Shown one piece after another: positions 48,975 through 59,176 of a stretch of DNA of 64,000 bases. How positions within the stretch are numbered: position 1 is the first letter of the stretch; each line of letters opens with the position of its first letter. A program made the position numbers and the translations under genes. The notes below the pieces were generated by a model, which worked only from the letters and a program-made list of their open reading frames with translations, was not told where the DNA came from and made no database searches. Source of the DNA: an uncultured delta proteobacterium (lineage in GTDB: Bacteria; Desulfobacterota; Syntrophia; Syntrophales; UBA2185); contig CAVSPA010000005.1 of assembly GCA_963729715.1 (NCBI GenBank), positions 480,001 to 544,000 of the forward strand, in the 5' to 3' direction.

Positions 48975-50438
48975 TTATTTGCGCAGGCTGACAAAGAAAG
49001 TCGAGTTGCCCCTTCTGATCAAAAGAAGAAGGCTTTTCTTTGCACTCTTTTTCGATATCTCCCGCACGTAATCCTTCATGGAGGAAATCTTCACCTTATT
49101 GACTTCCAGGATGATGTCCTGGGGCTGGATACCTTTTTCATCAGCGGGGCTTCCGTCTTTGACATCGACGACAACTACACCGGCCGTCCCGGCGATCCCA
49201 AGATATTGGGCGATTTCCGGTGTGATATCCTGTACCGTCATGCCAAAGGTTTCCTTCGATTCTCTCGCTGAGGCAACCTCAGGTTGGTCCTTCCGCTCCG
49301 TAACAGCAATGTGAAAGGTCTTCTCCTCCCCATCCCTCAAGGCTTTGACCTCTATCTTATCCCCGACATGGAAAGAGGCGATAGTGAGCAGCAACTCATG
49401 GGTATCCTTTATTCTCTTGCCGTTCACCTCTGTTATGAGATCTCCCGCTTTCAGTCCGCCCTTGTCAGCGGGGTCCCCCTTAAACACTTCGGATATCAGT
49501 GCACCGCTATTATCTTTAAGTTTGAGATTCTTGGCTATATCTTCAGTCACATCCTGGACAGAAATACCCAGCCAGCCGCGGGTAACTTTTCCTTTTGATT
49601 TGAGGTCAGGCAGTATGGTTTTGGCCATATTCACTGGTATGGCAAATCCGATACCCTGTCCCTGGACTACGATAGCCGTATTGATGCCTATCACCTTTCC
49701 TTCCATATTGAATAGCGGCCCGCCGCTGTTGCCGGGATTGATCGACGCATCAGTCTGAATGAAATTATCATAGGGACCCGCGCCTATCACCCTGCCCTTG
49801 GCGCTGACTATGCCGGCAGTAACTGTTTGTTCAAGGCCAAAGGGATTCCCGATGGCTAAGACCCAGTCGCCTACACGCGATTTATCGGAATCCCCTATTT
49901 CAGCCACGGGGAGGCTTTCGCTCTGTTTAATCTTTATGAGGGCAAGGTCCGTTTTTGCATCCTTGCCGATCACCTTCGCCTCGTACTCCTTTCCCGTCGA
50001 GAGCTTAACCAGTATCTTGTCAGCCTGCTCCACTACGTGATTGTTGGTAAAGATGTAGCCGTCATGACTGATTATAAAACCGGAGCCAAGGCTTCTCTGC
50101 TTGAATTCCCGCTGAGGTATATCACCGAAGAATCTTTCAAAGAAATCATCGCCCCAGAAATATCTGTCAAAAGGCGTCCTGAATGGGCCTCCACGACCGC
50201 TTCTTACCGTTTTCGTTGTACTGATATTTACGACAGCGGGCTTCAATTTTTCCGCCAAATCGGCAAATGAAAAAGGCACGCGCGGGCTTTCCGGTGATGA
50301 AACCGCCGATACTGTCTGAACATTAGATCCGACGGGAACAAAGGATGACCGCAATACTTCTATAAGGGAAATGATAAAAAACCCTATCAGAAACGCAAGC
50401 AGAAACATGATAAAGGTTTTTCTGTTCTTATTTTCCAT
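48975..50438 (-). CDS. degP: Do/DegP/DegQ serine protease with two PDZ domains
   Basis: GSGFII, TNNHVV, DLAL, INPGNSGGPL. Confidence 0.92.
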   Translation of the reverse strand: MENKNRKTFIMFLLAFLIGFFIISLIEVLRSSFVPVGSNVQTVSAVSSPESPRVPFSFADLAEKLKPAVVNISTTKTVRSGRGGPFRTPFDRYFWGDDFFERFFGDIPQREFKQRSLGSGFIISHDGYIFTNNHVVEQADKILVKLSTGKEYEAKVIGKDAKTDLALIKIKQSESLPVAEIGDSDKSRVGDWVLAIGNPFGLEQTVTAGIVSAKGRVIGAGPYDNFIQTDASINPGNSGGPLFNMEGKVIGINTAIVVQGQGIGFAIPVNMAKTILPDLKSKGKVTRGWLGISVQDVTEDIAKNLKLKDNSGALISEVFKGDPADKGGLKAGDLITEVNGKRIKDTHELLLTIASFHVGDKIEVKALRDGEEKTFHIAVTERKDQPEVASARESKETFGMTVQDITPEIAQYLGIAGTAGVVVVDVKDGSPADEKGIQPQDIILEVNKVKISSMKDYVREISKKSAKKSLLLLIRRGNSTFFVSLRK

Positions 50439-50576
50439 CTCTTATTTATTGACCTCCTCGGGGTTGAAACCCTTCACATTGAAATATTTGTGCGCAATTA
50501 GCATATCTACGTGCAAAATACCATTGTTTTTCGTTTATGGCTGAGGCAGTCAAATATCGCGTAAGATGATCTTGAG

Positions 50577-53500
50577 TCAGCTGTCACCCTTCCTGTATGA
50601 TTCCGACATTTGCTCGTGTAACCTCAACGCTTGTAGCATAAACACCTCAAGTTTCGCAGTGATAACCTGCGGAAAAAGGTTCCCATCACTTTCAATAGCC
50701 AGGAAGGGGAGTTCGGTACCCATCTCCCTCGAGAGGATGGCCTCTGACAGGCGGTTCGGCATACAACCAAAGGGCCCGATTGCGATAACGCCGGAGTACC
50801 TGTGGAGTATCTCGGCTAATGCCGCCCCGATTGTCAACACGGCCTCTCCCGTTAGCTCTGGATTGATCACATGCCGGCTCTTACTTATCAGATGATCGAC
50901 ATCATCCAGCTTATATGTGTACAAGCCTGATCGCTCCATGATTTTCTTGAACGTCTTCTCATAGTTTCTCATCCATGCCGATCTCAGCAAGAGGGAAAAC
51001 CGTTCCCGGATGTTGGGTGTGGCCGCGGACAAGCCTTTTTCGAAGCACCAGTCAGTGTAATAGACCCATTCAACAACACTGGAGACTTTGGTTACAAATC
51101 CATGCTCAGCCAGCTTTTCCACAAGGAATTGCCGGGATAAATCGTCATGGCGAACAAATATCTCCCCCGTGAGCAGAATTGCCGGTGTATCATGCACTTG
51201 CCTCGTAAGACGTATCTTTCGAAAGTTATCGGCTACTATCATAAGGGTTCTTCGAAGGTCTCTAAAATTGGGGGCATGCTCGAAAACGCCAATGAGCTTT
51301 TTGGTTTCCTGATCATATATTTCCAAGGCTGATTCTTTATCCACAGCGTTTGTAAGGAGCACGGAATAAATATCCTGCATAATATCAGCGACAACGAGAC
51401 ATGACCAGAGTTTCAAGGTAAATTCATTGCCGCCGATTTCCGTGTAACTATTTTCGGCCTGAGGGGAAAACAGAGCGACGTCTTCAATACCGTTTCGCGC
51501 AATGAGCTGACTAATAAAAGGAGAGTATTGGCCGAACCGGCAGGGACCTGAGGCGGTAGGCATGAAATAAACCAATAGCTCTTCAGATCTATCCCTGTCT
51601 TTTAAGTATTTTAAGAGACTGCCTGCAGTAAGCAGCAGGGGCAGGCACTCCTTGCAGCTTGTGTTGCCCCTTCCGAGTTTGAGAACTTCATCATCTGCGG
51701 GAGGAAGTACTGACGCGCGTATGCCTATTGATCTGAATACGGCAGACGTAGCATCGTTCAGGAATCGCCCCATCGACGGAAAGACGAGATGTATCCGGGG
51801 ATGATGAAACGGGTAACCTGTCCCCCTGGAATCGATGAACTCCTGTTTCCTGTGATCAAAATGTGCTGCCGGAGGTAAAGAATAATATGGAGCGGGAATA
51901 TCACTACGGAACTTTTGCAGTTCTCTGTGATTTTTAATGATATCCATAAATGCTTCAATTCTCGTTTCCAGACCTGCATCTGCTACATGAGAGTCCAATT
52001 CGAGGATCAGGAAGGGCTTTCCCCTCATTATGTGGCGAAAATATCCCACGAGAAAAGAGTCCGGACCGCATGAGAAATTGGTAATATAGCATCCAAAAAG
52101 CTGCGGATGCCTTTCTACGAAACTTGCTCCTTTAAGAATCGACTGTCCAGTTGACCAGTACATGTTATCATCGATGGCTTCTTCATCCAAAGGAAGGAAA
52201 TCAAATGGGACCACGGGCACGCCCCGGGAGGCGAATTTATGGGGTATCCCCATATTTGCTTCCGGCACAAATGCATTGTAAGATCTGCCGAATACAACCA
52301 CCGCGAACCGGTCAGGGTTCTTCTCCAGGTCGCGCAAGAACCATAACCCCGTTGCCTTCATCTCTCTATGCACAGATTTCTGGACTTCTACTGCCTCCGA
52401 GAATGCCCTATGGGCGAGATTCTTACCACGACCGAGCTTTTTCGCCATAGACACAAAGACACTTTCAGCCTTTTCATATCCTCCCGAAAAGTCGATGACC
52501 GGCGTTATTATCTTTCCCTCTTTACTTAAATTTCTTAATATTTCCGTATCCTTGAAAGCGCTTGGGAGATAATAAGGTTCTCCCTGCGACAGGGGGCATG
52601 TTATCCCTTGTTTGCATCCGTTTTCCACGTATGCACCCTTTACGTGGGGTAGAAAGAGATAATCCGGTTTCTTTCGCAAGAGATTTTGAAGATAGCCGTG
52701 AGAAATTTCCGCGGGGTAGCAAAATGGTGCCCTCTGGCGATCGACACCTTCCTGCTCGGAAATGTCCGAAACCAAGACTCGAAAGCCCATACGTGAAAAG
52801 AAACGGTAGTATAGGGGATAGTAAGAATTTACCAGGAAAGACTTATTAATGCCTACTGTTTTCGAATTTTCCTTGACCCCCGGTTCCTCGGATTGAGGAA
52901 TGTACTTTTGAAAAACAAGCCCTTCATGGAGCTTAACAAGGTTCAGGTTTCCCGTATCAAAGTGAATATTAAAACGTTGATTGTACCATTTGTTGCAGGC
53001 ACCGCCGAAGGGATATGTCTTCCCTTCTATTCTGATCCTAGCGACTTCACATTTCCGATCACACTTTTCTTTCCCTCCATTACATGTGAACGGTTCTCCG
53101 TGCTCAATTGTTCTGTCCCTTAGCTCCTTCAGAGAAAACTCTTTTTCCTTGAGGAGATTCAGTTCGAGCATACGTTTGACTTCCAGGGCAACGCCGAAGG
53201 CGCCCATCAGTCCCGCTTCTGGCGGAACTACGATACGTTTCCCTGTAAGAGCCGCCATCGCCATTGGCACCGCCCGGTTATAACAGACACCGCCCTGCAT
53301 AAATATATTATTGCCTACGGGTCTATTCCCCTTGACGCGGTTATCGTAGTTCATGCAGATGGAATACACGAGCCCGGCAACAATATCTTCCCTCGTCATG
53401 CCTTCGTGAGAGGCATTCTTTATATCGCTGCTGATAAACGCCGCGCATTGATCGTTAAAATTCGGAGGCTCTTGTCCCTTTATCGCCATACCGCCTATTG

Positions 53501-54854
53501 ATTCCATTTCCAGCCCCATCGCCTCTTTTGCAGCCTCCTCAAGGAATGAGCCCGTACCGGCGCTACAGGCGTCATTCATGGCATAGTCTGATGGTACACC
53601 ATTCTTTATATATGTATATTTGGCATCCTGACCGCCTATCTCAAAGATCGTGTCTACAGTATTATCGAAAAATAATGCCCCTGTGGCATGCGCGATAATC
53701 TCATTTATTATGCCGCCAGTCATGGCATGCAATCCTGCTATCTGCCTGCCCGAGCCTGTTACACCCAATCCAACAATTCTTATTTTCTCTCCAAGTTCGC
53801 CCAGCCGGTCATACAGATCGGCGTAGCATTCTCTTGAGGCCTGGACAGGATTCCCTTGAGTACGCAGGTACACTGAGGCCAACACCTTGTCATCATTCAA
53901 TCTGAGAATAACCGCCTTCGTCGTCGTTGATCCGACGTCAAGGCCGATAACACACATGTCATTCTCTTGGGCTATCCCCGTCTCTGCTGTTTTGAAATCT
54001 ACCATACGGGCCGTGCTATTAAGGGGAGGCAGTAAGGAGAAGGAGTCCCTGCCTTTCTTAAAGATATTTTCCCTTTCCGGTAGTTTTATCGTTTCGTTAT
54101 TGAGAGCCCACAATGCCGATCCCAGGGCTTCGAAGTAAGGGGCCTCTTCCGGGACAATCAAATTTTTTATCTCTTTCTTGAGATAGCCGATCATCATCGA
54201 ATTCTGCGCAGTTCCCCCGATAATCATGATGTCGTTCCTGGGAATCTGTTTGATAATTTCGAGGATTTTACCTGCCATCATCTTGCAGAGCCCGGCAGCA
54301 ATCCTCCCTTTCGGCACACCTTTGTTTGTCGCATGCGTACAGTCACTCTTGCAGAATACGCTGCAGCGCCCTGATACCTTATAAGGTTTTTCTTCGTTCG
54401 TAAGGTACGCGGCTTCATTAATGGACATCCCTATTCTTCGCAGCTGCTGAAGGAAAAACTCCCCTGTCCCCGACGCACATTTGTTCCCCGTCTGAACCGA
54501 GCAGATTCTTCCATCCTTTCCCAGGACGTAGACCATGAAGGTTTCGCCTCCGGCGCTGATAATGGCATCGAGGTTCTGCCCTTTGCCATCGAAGAAATAA
54601 AGCGCAGATTCGACTGCTTCCGGCTCGGAAATGGATGAAAGATTCACGGAGTGCCTGAATTTTCTTCCCGTTATGGCAATTCTGTCACACACGCTCGAAT
54701 CTAAGTTTGCGAGCGTTTCAAGCAGCGCCTGCCGAGGATTGCTATTATGAGGCCTGACGCTTATGGATGTCTTATGGACGTGATTATCTCCGTCCCTGGT
54801 AAGACCGACTGCTGACAATGTTGATGCACCTATACAAATACCAAGACTCTTCAA
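50577..54854 (-). CDS. Large fused acyl-CoA dehydratase-activase protein (2x BadFG ATPase + DUF2229 + reductase domain), PlsA/Ger-like
   Basis: KCASGTG, RCSVF, GLDVGSTTTK, IGGQDAK, CSAGTG, NFSCGPD, GPCRFGQY, PFGCMP. Confidence 0.85.
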   Translation of the reverse strand: MKSLGICIGASTLSAVGLTRDGDNHVHKTSISVRPHNSNPRQALLETLANLDSSVCDRIAITGRKFRHSVNLSSISEPEAVESALYFFDGKGQNLDAIISAGGETFMVYVLGKDGRICSVQTGNKCASGTGEFFLQQLRRIGMSINEAAYLTNEEKPYKVSGRCSVFCKSDCTHATNKGVPKGRIAAGLCKMMAGKILEIIKQIPRNDIMIIGGTAQNSMMIGYLKKEIKNLIVPEEAPYFEALGSALWALNNETIKLPERENIFKKGRDSFSLLPPLNSTARMVDFKTAETGIAQENDMCVIGLDVGSTTTKAVILRLNDDKVLASVYLRTQGNPVQASRECYADLYDRLGELGEKIRIVGLGVTGSGRQIAGLHAMTGGIINEIIAHATGALFFDNTVDTIFEIGGQDAKYTYIKNGVPSDYAMNDACSAGTGSFLEEAAKEAMGLEMESIGGMAIKGQEPPNFNDQCAAFISSDIKNASHEGMTREDIVAGLVYSICMNYDNRVKGNRPVGNNIFMQGGVCYNRAVPMAMAALTGKRIVVPPEAGLMGAFGVALEVKRMLELNLLKEKEFSLKELRDRTIEHGEPFTCNGGKEKCDRKCEVARIRIEGKTYPFGGACNKWYNQRFNIHFDTGNLNLVKLHEGLVFQKYIPQSEEPGVKENSKTVGINKSFLVNSYYPLYYRFFSRMGFRVLVSDISEQEGVDRQRAPFCYPAEISHGYLQNLLRKKPDYLFLPHVKGAYVENGCKQGITCPLSQGEPYYLPSAFKDTEILRNLSKEGKIITPVIDFSGGYEKAESVFVSMAKKLGRGKNLAHRAFSEAVEVQKSVHREMKATGLWFLRDLEKNPDRFAVVVFGRSYNAFVPEANMGIPHKFASRGVPVVPFDFLPLDEEAIDDNMYWSTGQSILKGASFVERHPQLFGCYITNFSCGPDSFLVGYFRHIMRGKPFLILELDSHVADAGLETRIEAFMDIIKNHRELQKFRSDIPAPYYSLPPAAHFDHRKQEFIDSRGTGYPFHHPRIHLVFPSMGRFLNDATSAVFRSIGIRASVLPPADDEVLKLGRGNTSCKECLPLLLTAGSLLKYLKDRDRSEELLVYFMPTASGPCRFGQYSPFISQLIARNGIEDVALFSPQAENSYTEIGGNEFTLKLWSCLVVADIMQDIYSVLLTNAVDKESALEIYDQETKKLIGVFEHAPNFRDLRRTLMIVADNFRKIRLTRQVHDTPAILLTGEIFVRHDDLSRQFLVEKLAEHGFVTKVSSVVEWVYYTDWCFEKGLSAATPNIRERFSLLLRSAWMRNYEKTFKKIMERSGLYTYKLDDVDHLISKSRHVINPELTGEAVLTIGAALAEILHRYSGVIAIGPFGCMPNRLSEAILSREMGTELPFLAIESDGNLFPQVITAKLEVFMLQALRLHEQMSESYRKGDS

Positions 54855-55070
54855 TTTTCCAACCCCGAATAATTGTAACGGCTACAGGAACATGCAATCG
54901 ACTTCTTCTTGAACCCTGCTCTCTTGTCAGGAAGAGAAAGACCCCGTGGGCAATGGGATAAATCTTAGCAAAACAACTCTTCGCTTAAGACTTAGCCCCT
55001 TATTGGAAATGATCCACTCGGTCATACTAGCTGCTATAATATACGGCTCTTCTCTTTTGTCAGTAAACTA

Positions 55071-55678
55071 CCACCGACCTTGTCGGTGGCTTTCTTGAAG
55101 GACGACAACTCCTGACAATGTCATTCGCTGTCGTCCCTCCATAACCCAAGCTGCTCTTCTCGCATCTGATCTTCTACTTGCTCTTTAACATATTTCTGAA
55201 TGGTGGCGCTGTCGATTCCCACAGTGCTCACAAAATAGCCCCCGGCCCATATATGCAGCCCCCAATACTTTTTGCACAATTCAGGAAAATCCCTACGCAG
55301 ATACTCTGCACTTTTTCCTTTGAGGATCTTCATTACATGGGCCGGAGAATATTTCGGAGGAACTGAAAGATACATATGCACGTGATCTGAACATATCGCT
55401 CCTTCTATAATTGTGACGTCAAGCCAGTTGCATAACTCCACCAACAGCTCCTTTAATCTTGGCTTGATCTCTTTCACCAGCACCTGATAGCGGTATTTCG
55501 GAACCCAAACGAAGTGATACTCACATCGGTAAATTGCATGAGATGATTTGTTGTATTCTTCCATACCCTTGCCTCCTATGGATACGTTACAACAAATCCT
55601 ATCTGCTTATCAACATTGTTGATGCGCTAAAGGTGTGGGGCCTCCGCCCCCACGCCCCACCACTGACTATGTCAGTGG
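55071..55678 (-). mobile_element. Second IS200/IS605-family insertion sequence (tnpA only); ends approximate
   Basis: Hairpins CCACCGAC-CTT-GTCGGTGG (55071-55089) and CCACTGAC-TAT-GTCAGTGG (55660-55678). Confidence 0.9.
55121..55564 (-). CDS. tnpA: IS200-type Y1 HUH transposase
   Basis: YHFVWVPKYR, DHVH, KGKS, WAGGYFVSTVG, YVKEQ. Confidence 0.95.
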   Translation of the reverse strand: MEEYNKSSHAIYRCEYHFVWVPKYRYQVLVKEIKPRLKELLVELCNWLDVTIIEGAICSDHVHMYLSVPPKYSPAHVMKILKGKSAEYLRRDFPELCKKYWGLHIWAGGYFVSTVGIDSATIQKYVKEQVEDQMREEQLGLWRDDSE

Positions 55679-55717
55679 TTTTGAGAGATAAATAAACTGT
55701 GAAAAATTTGTTGTCCC

Positions 55718-56584
55718 TTAATCCGACAGCTTGAGTGGCTTCCGGGTTTTCTTGTTATCTAAGATAACATTATCTCCCTGGTCTTCTCTCTTCACGGGAT
55801 TAGTTAATTGACCAATTCTTTCTATTTCTATGGTCACAACATCACCGTCCTGAAGGTATATGGGAGGCTGCCTGGTAAAGCCGACGCCTTCAGGCGTACC
55901 GGTCAATATTACCGTGCCGGGCAGCAGCGTCATGGACCTCGAAAGATCACTGATGATTGTGGGAACGTCAAAAATCATATCACAAGTATTTGAATCTTGT
56001 ACAGTTTTACCATTTAATATGGCGCGGATACGGAGGCTCTGGGGATCTGGAATTTCATCTTTTGTGATGAGATAAGGTCCGAGTGGACAGAAAGTATCGA
56101 AACTCTTTCCCCTTGCCCATTGCTTTTTCTGCTTTTCAATCTGCCAATCCCGAGCACTAACATCGTTGGCGCAAGCATAACCTAAAATGGAGTCCATCGC
56201 TTCAGAGCGGGATATGTTCTTGACCGTCTTTCCTATGATGACGGCGAGTTCCGCCTCGTAGTCGACATTTTCGGAGCCTGCTTGCGGAAGGAGAATGGGC
56301 GACATATGTCCAATGACGCTGGTTGTCGCTTTAAGAAATAAGATCGGTATATCGGGATAAGAGACGCTCGTCTCGTCGGCATGTTGCCTGTAGTTTAGTC
56401 CCAATGCAAGTACGTTGCACGGATAAACGGGGGGAAGAAAGCTCACAATTCTTGCTAATTTCGACGTGACCTCAAAATCCCCGAACAGGTCTCCCCTGAT
56501 AACCAGGGCCTGGTTCTCCAGTTCCGGCTCGTATAGTCCGCACATTTCATGGTTTTCATCAGAAAGAAAGCGAATGATTTTCAT
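55718..56584 (-). CDS. Fumarylacetoacetate hydrolase family protein
   Basis: GLNY, DYEAEL, NDVSARD, GKSFDTF, TGTP.GVG. Confidence 0.92.
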   Translation of the reverse strand: MKIIRFLSDENHEMCGLYEPELENQALVIRGDLFGDFEVTSKLARIVSFLPPVYPCNVLALGLNYRQHADETSVSYPDIPILFLKATTSVIGHMSPILLPQAGSENVDYEAELAVIIGKTVKNISRSEAMDSILGYACANDVSARDWQIEKQKKQWARGKSFDTFCPLGPYLITKDEIPDPQSLRIRAILNGKTVQDSNTCDMIFDVPTIISDLSRSMTLLPGTVILTGTPEGVGFTRQPPIYLQDGDVVTIEIERIGQLTNPVKREDQGDNVILDNKKTRKPLKLSD

Positions 56585-56625
56585 AGTTCGTCTCCTTGAG
56601 CATTTTTTTTGATCATGTCCTTCTC

Positions 56626-56647
56626 TTTTCTCCGCATGCGGAGAAAA
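56626..56647. promoter_or_regulatory. Perfect 22-bp palindrome in a divergent intergenic region
   Basis: TTTTCTCCGCATGCGGAGAAAA. Confidence 0.5.
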
Positions 56648-56934
56648 AATAGAAATTCAGAAACGCATAAACGCCCTGCGATTTTGATTTTTGGCAGAGC
56701 AACTATTTGCGCTTCCATTTACATTATGTTAACATTCATTGCAATTACATTGAGGGCCTTGCTAAGCTGTTTCAGCATCTTTACCAATCATAACAGAAAT
56801 CTGGTCTGGAGGCAGGTCTATTGTGAACCGAGGCTCATTCAATCAGCCAAGATAAGCGACCCCATGATTAGCAGTGTTTTCGAAAGCATCCCTGTTCGAG
56901 TTAACCGCCGCCATCTTCTTCTCACGAGGGCATT

Positions 56935-57720
56935 ATGATTAATGCCATAGAAAAAATAGGCACAACGACGATAAATGTAACTAAGACGTTCCGCGATACC
57001 CTTTCTTTCGCCTTCATTATCATTCTGAAGATGTTTACCAAGAACTCATACAATAGTGCGACGAGGCAGGTCCTCATTCACCAGATATATTTTACTTCTG
57101 TGCAGATCCTGCCGCTATTCATAGGCATTTCTGTCATATTCGGCACCCTCCTCATGGGTATCGTTCTCCAAATCATAAAAACCCTCGGCCTTGCCGAACA
57201 CATGGGTCGCATAATCATGGATCTAGTTGTTACGGAATTGGCACCCTTTGTGACAGTGCTCCTGATCGCCCTCCGTTCCAGTTCTGCCATAAATGCAGAA
57301 ATTGCCGTGATGAAGGTGAACAAGGAATTGAACACGCTGGATAAATTCAATATCGACGTGGTCGATTACCTCTTTTTACCAAGGGTTATAAATGGCGTTT
57401 TATCCGTTGTTTTACTGAGTGCTTTTTTTTCTATACTGGTCTTGACGAGCGGCCTATTATTTTCAAAGCTGCTCTTCGGCTTGAGTTTGGAATCCTATTC
57501 AAATGTTTTATTAAGTTCAGCCAATTTTTATGATATAGTAATATCTCTTGTAAAATGTTGTACATTCGGCTTTTTCATTACATTAATCCCCATACGCTTC
57601 GGGTTACGTGCTACAAATGATCTCACAAGTATACCGATATCTGTTCTTAACGGCATGGTCGATGTCTTTATCGCAATTATTTTCATTGAGGTGTTGTCAT
57701 TAATTCTAATCTTCATTTGA
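56935..57720 (+). CDS. mlaE: MlaE-family ABC permease
   Basis: ELAP...LLIALR.SSAINAEI..MKV..E, YL.LPRV. Confidence 0.85.
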   Translation: MINAIEKIGTTTINVTKTFRDTLSFAFIIILKMFTKNSYNSATRQVLIHQIYFTSVQILPLFIGISVIFGTLLMGIVLQIIKTLGLAEHMGRIIMDLVVTELAPFVTVLLIALRSSSAINAEIAVMKVNKELNTLDKFNIDVVDYLFLPRVINGVLSVVLLSAFFSILVLTSGLLFSKLLFGLSLESYSNVLLSSANFYDIVISLVKCCTFGFFITLIPIRFGLRATNDLTSIPISVLNGMVDVFIAIIFIEVLSLILIFI

Positions 57721-58178
57721 GGCTGTTTGAAGATGAAGTCACTCTCGACAAGGGTCTGAATGACTTCACCGAGAAACATAAAAAAACCCTGGGGCTTGTT
57801 TCGCTGGATGTGCCGCTCATCTCGAACCTAGATGTTTCGGTTAATATCGCTCTCATCAAGCAGTATCATGAGAATTTATCCGCAGATAAAGCACAAAAGC
57901 TGGTTCTCAGCTATCTTACACGATATAGTTTAGAACATATTTCTAATAAGCGAAATCCCGCCTTGACCAATAGGGAGCGATTTTATGTGATGCTCTTACG
58001 GGCCGCAATGGTTAGAGACTCTATTGTTGTTATTGATAGACCTTTTACTATTATACCAGACGTACAGGATGATCGATTTATATATGATGCTTTGAAAGTT
58101 GTTGATGATTCATTTAAAGAATGCCATATATTTGATTATCTATGGTCGAAAGACAGATACGGGATGATCCCCGTTTGA
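57717..58178 (+). CDS. Truncated/degenerate ABC ATPase-like protein
   Basis: LISNLDV..NIAL, ALTNRER, IVVIDRP; no Walker A; TTG start overlaps mlaE stop. Confidence 0.65.
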   Translation: MRLFEDEVTLDKGLNDFTEKHKKTLGLVSLDVPLISNLDVSVNIALIKQYHENLSADKAQKLVLSYLTRYSLEHISNKRNPALTNRERFYVMLLRAAMVRDSIVVIDRPFTIIPDVQDDRFIYDALKVVDDSFKECHIFDYLWSKDRYGMIPV

Positions 58179-58261
58179 TGGTTTGTTAGGTCGAAGGATG
58201 AGCATCTTCTTTACTTTTTCCTGAGCAGTCCTTCTTTAGTGAAGTTACTTACGAGAACACC

Positions 58262-59176
58262 ATGCTTAAAAGAGTTGAATTCAAAGTTGGTTTGTTTGTA
58301 GTACTCACATCATTATTGATCATCACGTCCATAGCTTATCTGGCTTACAGCAAAGGTTTCTTCACAAAAGAATATATTTATACGCTCTCATCAAAATCCG
58401 GTGAGGATCTGACTGAGGGAGTGCCCGTCGTGTTTTCCGGATTTAAGATCGGCAAGGTGGAAGCATTAGAATTAAATGATGAGGGAATACTCCTCATAAA
58501 AATAAGGATACCGGAACAACATGTAAAATGGATCAGATCAGATAGCAAATTCAGCCTGTATAAGCCGCTCATAGGTTCTGCCCGGCTTATCGTCACTACG
58601 GAGAATTTGAATAGCCCGCCTTTGTCGCTAACGGCTATCCCCGAGATGACGATGGTCAGTGACATCAACGAGACGATAAAAAGAGTCCAGCCGACTCTGG
58701 ATAAGGTGGATAAGGTGGTCGCACATATTGAAAGCATTACGGCGAACCTTGCTGACCCTCAGGGAGATGTGAATAGAATTCTGAGGCACTCGGAGAGACT
58801 TACGGAAAATCTGGCGAAAAAAGACACGCTTCTCGAGATGGCCCTCGGATCCAAGGAGGGCGTTCAGTCTGTTAATGAGTCTCTCAAAAAAGTTAGAGAT
58901 ATCCTTGTGAAGGCGGATGACCAGATGTACGGCCAAGACGGCGTCCTGCCCTTAGTCAGGACGATCCTCAAGGACGTTATTGTAAAGCTCCAAAAGATGA
59001 ATGCGGCTGTCGATAATGTCGTAAAGATCAGTGCTGATACAGCTGAATCGACAAAAGATTTGAAGGTGTTGAGAACAGAGATCGATACAACCGTCAATTC
59101 GATCGGTAATCTCGTCAATGAGATTGATAAGAAAATCCCTTTTAAGAAACAACCGGAAGTAATAAATCTCCCATGA
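58262..59176 (+). CDS. mlaD: MlaD/MCE-domain protein
   Basis: KVGLFV anchor, L.EG.PV.FSGFKIGKV, helical C-terminal region. Confidence 0.85.
   Translation: MLKRVEFKVGLFVVLTSLLIITSIAYLAYSKGFFTKEYIYTLSSKSGEDLTEGVPVVFSGFKIGKVEALELNDEGILLIKIRIPEQHVKWIRSDSKFSLYKPLIGSARLIVTTENLNSPPLSLTAIPEMTMVSDINETIKRVQPTLDKVDKVVAHIESITANLADPQGDVNRILRHSERLTENLAKKDTLLEMALGSKEGVQSVNESLKKVRDILVKADDQMYGQDGVLPLVRTILKDVIVKLQKMNAAVDNVVKISADTAESTKDLKVLRTEIDTTVNSIGNLVNEIDKKIPFKKQPEVINLP

Noticed and set aside
50499..50515. Sigma54-like site upstream of degP
   Set aside because: Lacks the invariant GG and the spacing is off by one
56885..56915. GTTCGAGT...CCGCCA resembling a tRNA 3' end
   Set aside because: No complementary T-arm or acceptor stem
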